A DNA stretch of 64,000 bases, taken from IMG/VR virus record IMGVR_UViG_3300035521_000139, positions 1 through 64,000 of that record; one strand, written 5' to 3'. This DNA comes from a virus. Taxonomy: Duplodnaviria > Caudoviricetes. The position numbers were made by a program, and so were the translations under genes. Below are positions 9,901 through 19,558 of the stretch, piece after piece (position 1 is the stretch's first letter; each line of letters starts with the position of its first letter). Below the pieces are notes generated by a model, which made no database searches, had not been told where the DNA came from, and saw nothing but the letters and a program-made list of their open reading frames with translations.

Positions 9901-11533
9901 TAACTTTCTTATTTAATATCGCTCCATAAGGAGAATCTAATCCTGGTACTTTAGTTAAGTTATTTCCTATATCAGATCCATCTCCAGCTTCTCCAACATA
10001 ACTATTATTAGTAGAAGCAAAAAAAGCAGCAGTAGGTCTTACAAACCAAGAGCTTTGAACAAAAGGAGTATTAGTAGCTCTATCTCCTACATTATAAACT
10101 GTAGGACAAAGAATACCTTGACAAATACAAGTTCTTTCATTAATATCAGGAAATACTATTACACCTCTAGCTTTAACATAGTTATTATCAATTAAATCTT
10201 GGATAATACTTTTATCATCAATAGTTAATTTGCCTTTAACTAAATTCCAAGATACTACTGAAGAAGGAACTCCCATAGCAGTAAGTCTTCTCATATTATT
10301 AGCTATATCTACTTCTTGATCATTTATAAATATAGCTTCAGACCATTTACCTGTTCTATGTTGAAACTGAATACCAAATCTATAAGTTTCACCATATTTA
10401 AATGTAGTAATCTGTCTTGAGTTTTTATCTAGATTATTTTTATGATAATATACTGCATTAGGTATTGTAATATCATTATCTTCTTTATATGAAAATGTAA
10501 GCTGTTTACCTTTAAAATAACTTCTTACATCAGAATCTATAAGCTTTCTTTGTAGTTTAATATCTCCTAAAAATAAAGTACTATCCTTATTAGCCATAGT
10601 ACCAAAGATAACATCTTCTCCTCCTATATATAATAATTCAGTATTATCTATTATGTCTCCTGAGGTACCATTATCTACATAAGTAATAGTATCTCCAGTA
10701 ACAGCAATATCTATAACTCTTTTACAAGTAGGGGTAGCATCTATAGATGTCCTAAGAATAGAATAAATACGAAGATAATCAAAATTGGTATCAGGATTGG
10801 TAACAGATATAGTAAAGCTATTAGAGCAACTATCCTCAGGACTACCTCCCCTATCACTATGAGCAGTATAAAACAAAGGTGAAGTAAAAAATATATTAGA
10901 TTCTTGACCATATTTATCATAATAAGATAAACAATATTGTAAAACTCCAGGAGCAAATATACCTCCAGCAGTATCATTTTTATAAATATTTACAGACTCT
11001 TTTAATTGTAACTTTCTAACAAAATCAAAAGAATCATCATTCCAGTTATCTCTTACTGTTGAAGAAGCAGCTATATTAATAACTCTTGGAGGATTTAAAC
11101 CATCAGTCCAATATACTTTTATAATATCATCATTTTCATATAATGGTATTGTTTCTATAGGATATTCTACATCAAAACCCAGCTCCCCTTCATATAATAA
11201 CAAACCATTTAATTTGTTGTTATAAAACCATAATTTATAAATTCTATCTTTATCTTTAGCATTACTAGTATTAGACTTAGCCCCTGCTGTAAATATTACT
11301 ATAGTATCATTTATTACTGCTTGTCCTATTGGAGTACCATCAATATAATCCCCTATACCTTTAATATCAGAGGCTAAAGTTCCTTTTTCATTAGTAAGAG
11401 AAAGAGTTACATTGCCTTCAGCTGAAGATACTCTTATATTTTTATTTTCATAAGCGTAACTTTTATTAAAGGATGCTGGAGAAATATCTCTTTGCATTCC
11501 TGTAGTTTTGTATATAGCTTTCTTTAATTCCAT
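6953..11533 (-). CDS. Muzzle / tail stabilisation protein (crAss001 gp44-like)
   Basis: 1526-aa beta-rich protein with KVYWTDG, GDTYFQRYDC and terminal DRIRNPW motifs, between ring protein and cargo genes. Confidence 0.8.
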   Translation of the reverse strand: MELKKAIYKTTGMQRDISPASFNKSYAYENKNIRVSSAEGNVTLSLTNEKGTLASDIKGIGDYIDGTPIGQAVINDTIVIFTAGAKSNTSNAKDKDRIYKLWFYNNKLNGLLLYEGELGFDVEYPIETIPLYENDDIIKVYWTDGLNPPRVINIAASSTVRDNWNDDSFDFVRKLQLKESVNIYKNDTAGGIFAPGVLQYCLSYYDKYGQESNIFFTSPLFYTAHSDRGGSPEDSCSNSFTISVTNPDTNFDYLRIYSILRTSIDATPTCKRVIDIAVTGDTITYVDNGTSGDIIDNTELLYIGGEDVIFGTMANKDSTLFLGDIKLQRKLIDSDVRSYFKGKQLTFSYKEDNDITIPNAVYYHKNNLDKNSRQITTFKYGETYRFGIQFQHRTGKWSEAIFINDQEVDIANNMRRLTAMGVPSSVVSWNLVKGKLTIDDKSIIQDLIDNNYVKARGVIVFPDINERTCICQGILCPTVYNVGDRATNTPFVQSSWFVRPTAAFFASTNNSYVGEAGDGSDIGNNLTKVPGLDSPYGAILNKKVTITNSYGVSTELDPSNSGKYAAYMHNDIITGRDNANAEIQSAPEYALRVSGLPNQVTPIVANLSINNTTSLKTSDFSQFVANNKNSFFVDKSIFTMHSPDIEFDDEVQSIDKSNLKLRIIGYVPLTSQNSDVDVTTSTSQLTYHVGGSYSKYLTRGFYKEECKVNNISIRGWKQMLAMPMWFDEIYTENSSVDNANKISTSFVIYPWHRNGSLNNQRANDTSGSRSAMLDKNRRSILRYSAWTHYFSKKEDEDDSNLVWNAYEKGSSTKTGISGVTIFSSNEQEMVKIPEPENSNLGALTYYGNVDKVITYNTRELIEDGYPIVIGASLSSATTIDTSATYHQLYSSISQKMDDNEYYKKYCEGFTDGVDPIRIKYKSPIHAVIALNYTTTNKQRILPTRLNADSTVEGISYVDPYYAAYDDTHRPFWDTEGNCAGVSQDTIEFSDRFGFLWLGELYNDNVENRFGGQTEEAFENNLWLPAGKAVSLVDDLDEAVGSFTVEWTEGDTYFQRYDCVKTYPYTTEDQNSITDIISFMCETRVNIDGRYDRNRGQLSNFAITTENFNKVNMVYSQRNNFFTYRTINPNKFNLDHFRNTVTWTKSKTLGELVDTWTNITVASTLDLDGDKGPVRALRRWNNNIISFQDTGVAQILYNEQAQISTTEGVPIEIANSGKVNGKRYISNQVGCHNKWSICNTPSGLYFIDDVNKDLCVFKDNISNVSKNKGFVSYFNNKLKNTSIWNPKIFNNFVSYYDNVNGMVYFISKEDCLGLDENIDQFASFYSYENIPYFTVCKDKGIMWEYDSYNFKTYPWIYREGDYNMFFGKFQPFYTTIVANENPLTDKVFTNLEFRADAFDSNGLTYDSNNSTYQPFDTLDVWNEYQIGHSELKNILDRPSSLKRKFRIWRCNIPRASYGDFGFIINSNNTIAELPNIVDTTKDLKAQIPDYRTSRDRIRNPWAYIKLSQIGENTNKTVLHDLCVQYLE

Positions 11534-11535
11534 AG

Positions 11536-12234
11536 TTATTGTACTTTAATATATTCTCTAGTACCATTATTTTTAAATCCATTTCTATGATCAGAAACTC
11601 TTTGTACTAAAGTATTCCACATATTAGTTATAGATTGCATTTGATCTATTGTAGGTCTTACTAAATCTGATTGAGCTTGCCCTACATACCAAGCATATTG
11701 TTTTTGAGTATTGGCTAATACATTATAAGATATTTTACTCATATCATATAATATAATAAACCATTCTTTTTTAATATATAATTCAAGAGCTTTAATAAAA
11801 CTACTATTATCAGGTATTAAAGGAAAACCTTCTTTATCTAAAGCCATAGCTTCATAAGCTATTTCTATTTCTCCTTCTTTAAATGAAGTAAATATTACAT
11901 TACCCTGAATTTTATATGTCTCATCTTCTATTTTATTTTCTATTCTTTCATTATCTAAATAATGATTTCTACTCACATGAAAAGAATCAGTTGAATATCT
12001 TATACAATGATTATGATATTTAACTTGTATCATTTCTAAATAATCACAAGGTAATAAAGCTCTATATTCTTGTATATTAATGTTTTCTGTTTTTTCAATA
12101 AATAATTGAGGCATTCCTACAATTCTTATAAACTCTACTGCATAATTAACTGCTCTTTCAAGAGTTAAATCATTCAATAATGGATGATTTAATATATTAT
12201 CCATGAGTTGTCTTATACTTATATAATTATTCAT
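11536..12234 (-). CDS. Tail ring protein R1 (crAss001 gp43-like)
   Basis: 232 aa with DxEGFPLIPD motif, immediately upstream of muzzle. Confidence 0.7.
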   Translation of the reverse strand: MNNYISIRQLMDNILNHPLLNDLTLERAVNYAVEFIRIVGMPQLFIEKTENINIQEYRALLPCDYLEMIQVKYHNHCIRYSTDSFHVSRNHYLDNERIENKIEDETYKIQGNVIFTSFKEGEIEIAYEAMALDKEGFPLIPDNSSFIKALELYIKKEWFIILYDMSKISYNVLANTQKQYAWYVGQAQSDLVRPTIDQMQSITNMWNTLVQRVSDHRNGFKNNGTREYIKVQ

Positions 12235-13101
12235 CTATTTTAATATTAAGTTTATTTTTCCAATTTTCAACGAAGCCTTCTCCTATTGTATTTTTAAATA
12301 TATCCCAATTATTTTGAACAAATCCAGATATATCAAAAGCATTGTCAATAGCTTTACCATATTTACCATATAAACTAGTCTTTCTAAATATATCCGTAGC
12401 TCCTGCAAACCCTAAACCTTCTAAACCTATTTCTACACTATTATCTATAGTATCAAAAGTATTATTTGAATTATATAATTGAATACCATCAACTGCCATT
12501 CCCACTGTTTGAGAAGCAGGAGCATATTCTTTCAATTTAGAAGCAACATTTCCTAAATTAGTAGCTACAGAAGTACTTAATCTAGGAACTTTAGATAGCC
12601 ACTCCATTCCTTGTGCTGTAGCTCCATATAAAGCAGTGGCGGTTTCTACAGCATTTAACCATTTATTATAATCTTCTTGTTGCCTCTGTCTATATTCTAC
12701 ATTTTCTTGATGAGCAGCATTATTAGCATTATTAATTCCTTTAGCTACTGCTTGCCCACTTTCTGCACTACTTTTTATAGAGTCCAATATAACATCCTTA
12801 TCATGTTGAAAAGATTCTGAAGTAGAAGCTCCTGTTGGATTATTATCATATTGTTCTTTAGCTTTTTGAGCTGCTTGATTTATTCTTTGATTTTGATTTA
12901 TATCTGATTGTCTTTGTCTTAAAAGAAGTCTTATTTGAGTATCATTATAATTAGGATATTGTTCTCTAAGTTGGACTTCTAAATCCCCCCCTCACCAAAT
13001 TTATTATATGCTTCTTTTATTGTTTCTAAAGAAGTAATACCATTAGACACTCCTAATTTCATCATAGCAACCTTATCAAATATAGATAAATCTTTCCACA
13101 T
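12227..13101 (-). CDS. Frameshifted structural-region gene (G7 tract at 12985-12991); about 291 aa if restored
   Basis: ATG at 13101 reads MWKDLSIFDK...YNKFGEGGI* (TAG 12979-12981). The -1 frame is open from the G tract (DLEVQLREQY...) and joins the track ORF 12227..12787. Confidence 0.7.
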
Positions 13102-13104
13102 AAA

Positions 13105-13647
13105 TTAAAATTTAAAAGCATCAATTTCTTTATTTTTAATCTTTTCTTTGATTCTTAATTTAAGATCTCTTACAGGAGTAAAATACATAAAAGTTTTATT
13201 TGTATAATCAGCTTTTACTCTATTATAAATAATTTTAAATATTTCTTCTTCCTGCATTTTAATAAGTGTTCTATTCTTATAGGCTTCCTCATCTTCATAC
13301 CATAATTTAATAGTTTTATCCCAATCTACTTTAAAAGAAGCTTTTATTTTACCATTAACTATTTTATAAGAAGGTTCCCATTTTCTAAGTTCTATAGTAC
13401 CCATTCTATTAGGAAAAACAATATCATAGCCTTTAACAAAGGCATCAGCAAATTTTTTATTCATTTTTCTTATAATAGAATAGAATAAACTTTCTGAAAT
13501 AGGTTTTCCAATATTAAACCATTTGTTTTTTCTAATATATTTATAAGCATCATAAACACCTAATGAACCACTTATCTTAAATTTCTTTTCTCCATATACT
13601 TTTTTTATTTCCTTTTTAAAATCACTTAGACTTTTTTTCTGCTCCAT
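13105..13647 (-). CDS. Conserved crAss protein, HU/IHF-like DNA-binding fold suspected (gp41-like position)
   Basis: Basic 180 aa with GYDIVFPNRMGTIELRK, resembling the HU/IHF beta-arm motif. Confidence 0.5.
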   Translation of the reverse strand: MEQKKSLSDFKKEIKKVYGEKKFKISGSLGVYDAYKYIRKNKWFNIGKPISESLFYSIIRKMNKKFADAFVKGYDIVFPNRMGTIELRKWEPSYKIVNGKIKASFKVDWDKTIKLWYEDEEAYKNRTLIKMQEEEIFKIIYNRVKADYTNKTFMYFTPVRDLKLRIKEKIKNKEIDAFKF

Positions 13648-14344
13648 AATTACTTAAATCGTCTTTAGCATTATTTTGATCATCTTGAGGTTTATATAAA
13701 GCCCCACTAAGTTCTTTTACAATAGATTCAATTATAGTAGAAACAAGAGACTCTTCAAGGGGAAATACTCTATCATATAAATCACAATTATTATTATCAT
13801 CGTCTTCACATTGTAACTCTGAAGCAGCTTCAGTGTCCTCAAATATTGCATTCATTTTAATTTTCTCTAAATAAAGATATTGAGGGTTTGAAGATTTAAG
13901 GTATAAATAGTTATCTGGTCCTATAGAAGCATATATAATATTCTGAAGATATTTATTATGCCCTACATATCTCATTCTTTCTCTTGATACAAAAGTAATT
14001 TCTCCTAAGTAATAATTTATAGGAAATACTTTAGGAGTTCCTATAGTCATTATATTAGGAATTTTTACCGAGCTTCTTAGAAAAGAACCTCCTTCACAAG
14101 GTTCCCCGGAAATAGCAGGGACTTCTATAAGATTTAAACAAATAGATTGATAATTACTTAGAGCTACACTTGATCTAGTGTTATTACTAGAGTATCTTGT
14201 AGAAACATCTAAATATTTAGTTCTAAGTACAGCTCCTCTATATTTATTAGCTAAAAATACTATATGCTCTTCAGTAAATACAGAATCATCTGAAATTACT
14301 TTAAGTTCATCTAGTACCATATATATTAATTCCCTATATGTCAT
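13622..14344 (-). CDS. Tail ring protein R2 (crAss001 gp40-like)
   Basis: Likely start MTYRELIY at 14344, because a promoter lies at 14372-14403. Assigned by synteny. Confidence 0.65.
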   Translation of the reverse strand: MTYRELIYMVLDELKVISDDSVFTEEHIVFLANKYRGAVLRTKYLDVSTRYSSNNTRSSVALSNYQSICLNLIEVPAISGEPCEGGSFLRSSVKIPNIMTIGTPKVFPINYYLGEITFVSRERMRYVGHNKYLQNIIYASIGPDNYLYLKSSNPQYLYLEKIKMNAIFEDTEAASELQCEDDDNNNCDLYDRVFPLEESLVSTIIESIVKELSGALYKPQDDQNNAKDDLSNYGAEKKSK

Positions 14345-14371
14345 AATTATATTTATAAAAAAACTCTTGTG

Positions 14372-14403
14372 CAAAGATAAATAATAATTATCAAATACAC
14401 AAG
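14372..14403 (-). promoter_or_regulatory. Sigma-A-type promoter embedded in a terminator-like inverted repeat
   Basis: CTTG-N20-TATCTTTG, flanked by ACTCTTGTG / CACAAGAGT. Confidence 0.65.
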
Positions 14404-14438
14404 AGTCTTAATAGTTTTATATATATTAATCTACTATT

Positions 14439-14828
14439 TTATTTATTGATAACAAGGTCATCAATGTCTTTCTCATAAGAATCAGAAGTTTTAACCACTT
14501 TAGTGTTTTGAATCTCTTCTATATTCTCTTCATTTACTTTAACTCTATTAGCAAGCTCAGTAATATCTCCTAAATGTAATTTATTCATAGTTGTATTATT
14601 ACAATAATTTGGATAAGGAACTAAACATGAAGTCCCAAATATTTTATATAAAGCTTTCTCAATTAACCTATAGTCTTCCTCAGTAATTAGTCCTCTAAAG
14701 TCGTTATATATAAATTCTTGTATTGCAATTAAAAACAATAAATTAAATACATCATTATAGTTAGTATATCCTAAGTTCTTTAGATTATTAAAGTAACTTG
14801 TTATTGAATTATAAACTATACTATCCAT
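14439..14828 (-). CDS. Tail hub protein B (crAss001 gp39-like)
   Basis: 129 aa; synteny; GTSCLVPYP motif. Confidence 0.55.
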   Translation of the reverse strand: MDSIVYNSITSYFNNLKNLGYTNYNDVFNLLFLIAIQEFIYNDFRGLITEEDYRLIEKALYKIFGTSCLVPYPNYCNNTTMNKLHLGDITELANRVKVNEENIEEIQNTKVVKTSDSYEKDIDDLVINK

Positions 14829-15387
14829 TGCAACTACAAGTTTTTACATTTACTGCATTAGGTTTTAAATCCTTAATAAATTTATTATAAAGTTCTATAG
14901 CTTCAGCATAATGATCTGTATTAATACTTGTTTCTAAGGCTTTAAATTGAAGAAATAAATTAATAAAGTTCTTAGGAATAGAACATGAATTATATATTTC
15001 TTTAGTATAAGCCATTATAGAATTATACAAAGCACAAGGATTAAAGGTTACTCCAAGAGTATATTCATTATCCATTCCACAAGGAGTATCTGAAGTAGGA
15101 GTACCAGTTGCTTGCACATAAATAAAAAACATATTATTAGACAGGGAAGGTAAAAAATCACCTACACTTAATTCTAATCTATAAGTTTTAATATCATCTC
15201 CTTCTTGAGAAATATCTTTAAAATAAATTATAGAGGTACTAGGACCTCCGTCTTTATAAGTATCTTGAGTATCTATTGAAATGGACTTTAAATAAACATT
15301 ATCATAGTATGGCTGACTTCTTACAGACACATCTATAATTAAATATCTACCATCAGGTGTAATGCGTAATTCATTGAATTTTACCAT
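14821..15387 (-). CDS. Tail hub protein A (crAss001 gp38-like)
   Basis: 188 aa, MVKFNELRITPDGRYLIIDVSV start, C-terminal CSC; synteny. Confidence 0.6.
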   Translation of the reverse strand: MVKFNELRITPDGRYLIIDVSVRSQPYYDNVYLKSISIDTQDTYKDGGPSTSIIYFKDISQEGDDIKTYRLELSVGDFLPSLSNNMFFIYVQATGTPTSDTPCGMDNEYTLGVTFNPCALYNSIMAYTKEIYNSCSIPKNFINLFLQFKALETSINTDHYAEAIELYNKFIKDLKPNAVNVKTCSCNG

Positions 15388-15407
15388 ACTTATTAAAATT
15401 TAAATAG

Positions 15408-15441
15408 AAAAAAGGGGAGAGACGAATCCCTCCCCAAAAAA
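15408..15441 (-). terminator. Intrinsic terminator
   Basis: Minus strand GGGGAGGGA-TTCG-TCTCTCCCC followed by a U-tract. Confidence 0.75.
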
Positions 15442-15454
15442 GTATTTGTATATA

Positions 15455-16441
15455 TTAAAGAGTAGCTACACTCAATCCTGATGCAGTATTAATAGCTTTA
15501 ATAATATTATTAGTTAAAGTATTAGTATCAGCAGGAATAGCTACTGTGAGAGTCTTTTCAGACTTCTGAACATCATGATTATCGCCTATACTGTAGTAAT
15601 GAATATCAATGAAGTTATAAGGTTTTGAAGGATCTACAAGATACTTGGTAGGAATTACATTAGGCCAAGAGATATTTCTATAAATATCACCTCTCTCACC
15701 CATGAAGAAATACTCAAGATCAGCAGCCTTTTTACCATTATTAATAGTGTCTTTTGAAGTAGCAGATTCTACAGTTCCCCAAATAACTTCATCACCATCT
15801 ACTACAATAGTAGTAGGATTAACATCAAAGTAAACAGGAACCTGCTCCTTAGTACCTAATACCCATTCTTGCTCAGCTTCATTAATCTGAATACCTGTAT
15901 AAGTACCTGTTAAATCGGCTTCTTTAGTAGAATTATCTACGGAAACTAAACCTGTATCAGTAACCAAATCAAAAGTTACTAAAGGAACTAATTCTCTACT
16001 AAAGTTTTTTACAAGAGAAATAGCTAATTTCTTATAAAAATCTGAAGCACTCATTCCAGCATAAGCATGAACAGCACCATGTTTAAAATAGTAATCTTCA
16101 TCAGACATTCCCAAGAATTGTCTAAAAGAAATTCTTAAAATATAATCCTGACCAGAAACAGGAACACCTCCATTAACTTCTGAATCAAGAGTTACTTTAA
16201 CAGATTTTAAAGCATGTGCCATAGAAGCTGCTTTAGTGACTGAAACTGAAAGAACCTTATCAGTACCTACAAGGTCACTTCTCATAGAATCTACTGCTCC
16301 TCTATACTCAAAATAGAAGTATTTTTTATCTTTATCACTTCTAACTGCAATAGATCCTGCATCATCTGTAGCTAATACATGTTCTGACTTTAAAGCATTT
16401 GCTACATAAAACTGTCTTGCCTGGTTTACACTGTACACCAT
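15455..16441 (-). CDS. Auxiliary capsid protein (crAss001 gp36-like)
   Basis: 328 aa, MVYSVNQARQFYVA start, ADLEYFFMGERGDIYR motif, strong terminator downstream. Confidence 0.7.
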   Translation of the reverse strand: MVYSVNQARQFYVANALKSEHVLATDDAGSIAVRSDKDKKYFYFEYRGAVDSMRSDLVGTDKVLSVSVTKAASMAHALKSVKVTLDSEVNGGVPVSGQDYILRISFRQFLGMSDEDYYFKHGAVHAYAGMSASDFYKKLAISLVKNFSRELVPLVTFDLVTDTGLVSVDNSTKEADLTGTYTGIQINEAEQEWVLGTKEQVPVYFDVNPTTIVVDGDEVIWGTVESATSKDTINNGKKAADLEYFFMGERGDIYRNISWPNVIPTKYLVDPSKPYNFIDIHYYSIGDNHDVQKSEKTLTVAIPADTNTLTNNIIKAINTASGLSVATL

Positions 16442-16459
16442 TTTTAATCAAATATTTAA

Positions 16460-17176
16460 TTAAACATTTTTGTTTCCTGTATTTGAATTCTTATAAGTCT
16501 TAGAAGCTATAGCTAAAGCTACTGCATTTTCTAATATCTTTTTATGTAATACAGGATTTAATTTACACTCTGTTTTTATATTTTCTCCTTCTATTGATAT
16601 ATTATCAGGAAAATCATTAAGTATTATTGGGGTAGGATTGCTTAAATATCTTACTAAGTATCTTTGGATACTCTTAGTAGATACTAATTCAATTAAACCT
16701 CCTCCAGCATCTAATCTAATTACCCTTCTTTTACTTGGGCCTCTAAATGGGTTTCTATTAGTCTTTTGAAAATCATTTTGAGTTGTTGCTACTACATCTA
16801 CTCCAGTAGAAGTATTACAATCAGAGTAATCAAAATAAGCAGATTCGTAAGTTATAAATAATAAATCATTGGGTAATTTAAAAAAAGTAGAATTATCGGA
16901 TACCCCTAAATGATTAGGATCCTCATTTAAAATAGTTGTTTTAACTAAAGGTTCCAAATATCTTCTTATTTCTTCTGTTTTCTCAAAAGAGTTATTTTCT
17001 TGATTATTACCATTATATAAACTTATAACTAATTCTCTTTGTGCCTTAGTTAAGAATACTGATTTTTCATACTCGTCTAAAGCTATTGTTAAATCATTAG
17101 ATGCTCCAAAAGGTAAACTTTGATTATAACTATTTAATAATACATCAAATTCATTGCTAAATTCTTCAGTAGTCAT
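16460..17176 (-). CDS. Tail ring protein R3 (crAss001 gp35-like)
   Basis: MTTEEFSNEFDVL...LDEYEKSVFLTKAQ; paralog of the upstream gene. Confidence 0.7.
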   Translation of the reverse strand: MTTEEFSNEFDVLLNSYNQSLPFGASNDLTIALDEYEKSVFLTKAQRELVISLYNGNNQENNSFEKTEEIRRYLEPLVKTTILNEDPNHLGVSDNSTFFKLPNDLLFITYESAYFDYSDCNTSTGVDVVATTQNDFQKTNRNPFRGPSKRRVIRLDAGGGLIELVSTKSIQRYLVRYLSNPTPIILNDFPDNISIEGENIKTECKLNPVLHKKILENAVALAIASKTYKNSNTGNKNV

Positions 17177-17178
17177 AA

Positions 17179-18417
17179 TTAACTATTTCTATTATTACCG
17201 CCACTAGATACCATACCTAAATTAGTTTGGCTATTAACACCTAATGCTATTTGACTATTTAAATCAGCAGCATAACTAGCTTTAGCTAATTCAACGGCTC
17301 TTTGCAGTATTTCTTCATGTAATTCTGAAGGTAATTCACACTCTGTTATAGTATTTATTCCTGCTATGGAAACATCCCCTAAATCAGCTAATATAATAGG
17401 TTTAGGTTTTTTAACATATCTTAATTGATAAGTTACTTCACCACTAAATTTACCTATTATTTCTGCTATGGGCAACTCTACTATAGTAGTGGTAAATGTT
17501 TTACCATCATTACCAGAATCTAAAATATATGTAAATTTAGAAGGAGCTTCAGCATTTTCAAATAAATCAAGATGTCTGGCTACTTTTGCTACCTTAGAAG
17601 TGTGTTTTTTTATATCTATTATTTCACTAGCTTTTTTAAAGCCTTCTTTAATTATTTCAAATATACTTTCATCATCATCATCTTGACTATTATAAACAGT
17701 AATAGATATATTATAAGTTGTATTAGTAGCATTCCATCCTGCACCTACTTCTATTTTAACATACCCATAGTCATTATTATCTGATTTAAAGCTAATACTG
17801 CTTGCAGTTACTACTGTTTCTTCTGTAGCATAAGATTCATCCCATTGTCCACACTTAATAGTAAGAGATACATTTCTTTTCTGGTCTGCCCAGGTAGTTA
17901 TAAAATTGTAATCACAGCTTGTATTATCTACATATTCTTGAAAATAATTACAATTTTTCTTATCAGTAAACATTCTCCATACTTCCTTTTTAACAGGATA
18001 AGCATAAGGTTTTAGCATTAATCTTTGATACTCTGAATATATCAAAGGAGTAACAGCAAATTGATTTTTACCATCAAATATTATCTCATTTACACTCAAG
18101 AAATAATCTTTAGGAAATACAAATACTTGACTTCTTCTATCAATTTTTGCAGTATCTTCTATTCTGGTAGCTACTTTATTAACATTATATAAATTAGAAA
18201 CTCTAACTAAAGTAGAAAAATCATATTGTCTTTTCTGATTACCGTCAAATCCTTCTACTGTTTTATTTAATCTAGGATTAAAATATGCTTTTAATACTTC
18301 ATCTTGAGCTTTAGTTAAGAATACTGATTTCTCATACTCATCTAATCCAGGAGCTTGATTTGAAGCAACATTATTATATAATACATCAAATTCATTAGAA
18401 AATTCTTGAGTTGTCAT
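17179..18417 (-). CDS. Tail ring protein R4/R5 (crAss001 gp34-like) with internal insertion
   Basis: Shares N-terminal MTTQEFSNEFDVL...LDEYEKSVFLTKAQ and C-terminal PIIL...TECEL...LH.EIL..AV.LA with 16460..17176. Confidence 0.7.
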   Translation of the reverse strand: MTTQEFSNEFDVLYNNVASNQAPGLDEYEKSVFLTKAQDEVLKAYFNPRLNKTVEGFDGNQKRQYDFSTLVRVSNLYNVNKVATRIEDTAKIDRRSQVFVFPKDYFLSVNEIIFDGKNQFAVTPLIYSEYQRLMLKPYAYPVKKEVWRMFTDKKNCNYFQEYVDNTSCDYNFITTWADQKRNVSLTIKCGQWDESYATEETVVTASSISFKSDNNDYGYVKIEVGAGWNATNTTYNISITVYNSQDDDDESIFEIIKEGFKKASEIIDIKKHTSKVAKVARHLDLFENAEAPSKFTYILDSGNDGKTFTTTIVELPIAEIIGKFSGEVTYQLRYVKKPKPIILADLGDVSIAGINTITECELPSELHEEILQRAVELAKASYAADLNSQIALGVNSQTNLGMVSSGGNNRNS

Positions 18418-18422
18418 ATTTA

Positions 18423-19454
18423 TTATTGTTTAAGTTTTGCTTCAAGCATAAACTTGATTTCTTGTCTTTTAGGAGAATTCAAGTATCTTGCAGCTATGTT
18501 TAATGTTGGGTCTTCACCATCTTCACATAAAGGTTGATTACTTTCTCTTAGATACAAATGGTTTCCTCTTTTAGAAATTAAACCTGCTTCAATACTCTTA
18601 TTGATTAAAACTTTAGTTTTTAACAAAGGATCCGTAATTACAGATAAGAATAGTCTACTATCTCTTTGAATGAGTTCATTAGCTTTTGTTTGTAAGAATT
18701 CAATATTAGTTTTTGCTGATAAGGGTCTAGCATCAATTGTTTCAATAATTGTTTTAAGAATATCTTTATCATCTTCAACTTTTCCAAATTCTTTATAACA
18801 AGCCATTGTAGTAGTCATATTACTTCTAGCTGCTTTGTTCTCTTCTCCTTCCTCAATAATTACAAATTGATAAGATGCTTTAGGGCTATCTCTTAATACC
18901 TTTAGTGAAGGAGCTATGACATCTTTATTAGCTAATAGAATCTTATATTTAATATAATCTTCGGGATTACTTAAATTAAAGTAGTTATCTTGTTTAGTAA
19001 GTCTAACCCTGCTAATACCAATATCATTACCATCATCCCAGAAATTATCAATCTTTTTATAAATACTCAAAGCATTATATTCGAGTCCCATAAAATTCTC
19101 AAGAAATGCTTTTTCTTTATCTGTAAGCACATTAACAAAAGCTCCTGATTGAAGTCTGGGTACTACAAAGGTTCTAGTAGCAGTTTCTGCCATTCCCCCA
19201 GCTAATACATGCTTGGGATTATTACCCCAAATACCATCAATTTTAGGAATATATCTTACAGTAACTCTTTCATTTCTAAGAGGACTTACTAAAGAATCAT
19301 CATTAATACTGATAATTTTCTTTGAAGATTTAATAGTTTCTTCTCTTTTATTTTCCTCTACAGGAGCCTTTACCTCCTTCATAGGTAAGTCTTCTGATAA
19401 ATCAATATCAAAGTTTGAATCATTTAATTTCTCTTCCATTTTTGTTCTAGCCAT
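18423..19454 (-). CDS. Conserved crAss protein downstream of MCP (gp33-like)
   Basis: 343 aa; synteny; function unknown. Confidence 0.55.
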   Translation of the reverse strand: MARTKMEEKLNDSNFDIDLSEDLPMKEVKAPVEENKREETIKSSKKIISINDDSLVSPLRNERVTVRYIPKIDGIWGNNPKHVLAGGMAETATRTFVVPRLQSGAFVNVLTDKEKAFLENFMGLEYNALSIYKKIDNFWDDGNDIGISRVRLTKQDNYFNLSNPEDYIKYKILLANKDVIAPSLKVLRDSPKASYQFVIIEEGEENKAARSNMTTTMACYKEFGKVEDDKDILKTIIETIDARPLSAKTNIEFLQTKANELIQRDSRLFLSVITDPLLKTKVLINKSIEAGLISKRGNHLYLRESNQPLCEDGEDPTLNIAARYLNSPKRQEIKFMLEAKLKQ

Positions 19455-19510
19455 AAAAATAATCTCCTTTTAAATTTTATATATTAATATTTTAATTTAT
19501 ATATTAAGGA

Positions 19511-19542
19511 TTATAAAGGAGAGAGATTTTCTCTCCTTTATA
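19511..19542 (-). terminator. Intrinsic terminator after MCP
   Basis: TTATAAAGGAGAG...CTCTCCTTTATAA inverted repeat. Confidence 0.6.
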
Positions 19543-19558
19543 AGTATCCTTAAATCTA

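Noticed and set aside
14363-14406. Invertible promoter
   Set aside because: The repeats are only 9 bp and overlap the promoter boxes, and no recombinase is seen in the window; a terminator or operator is simpler.
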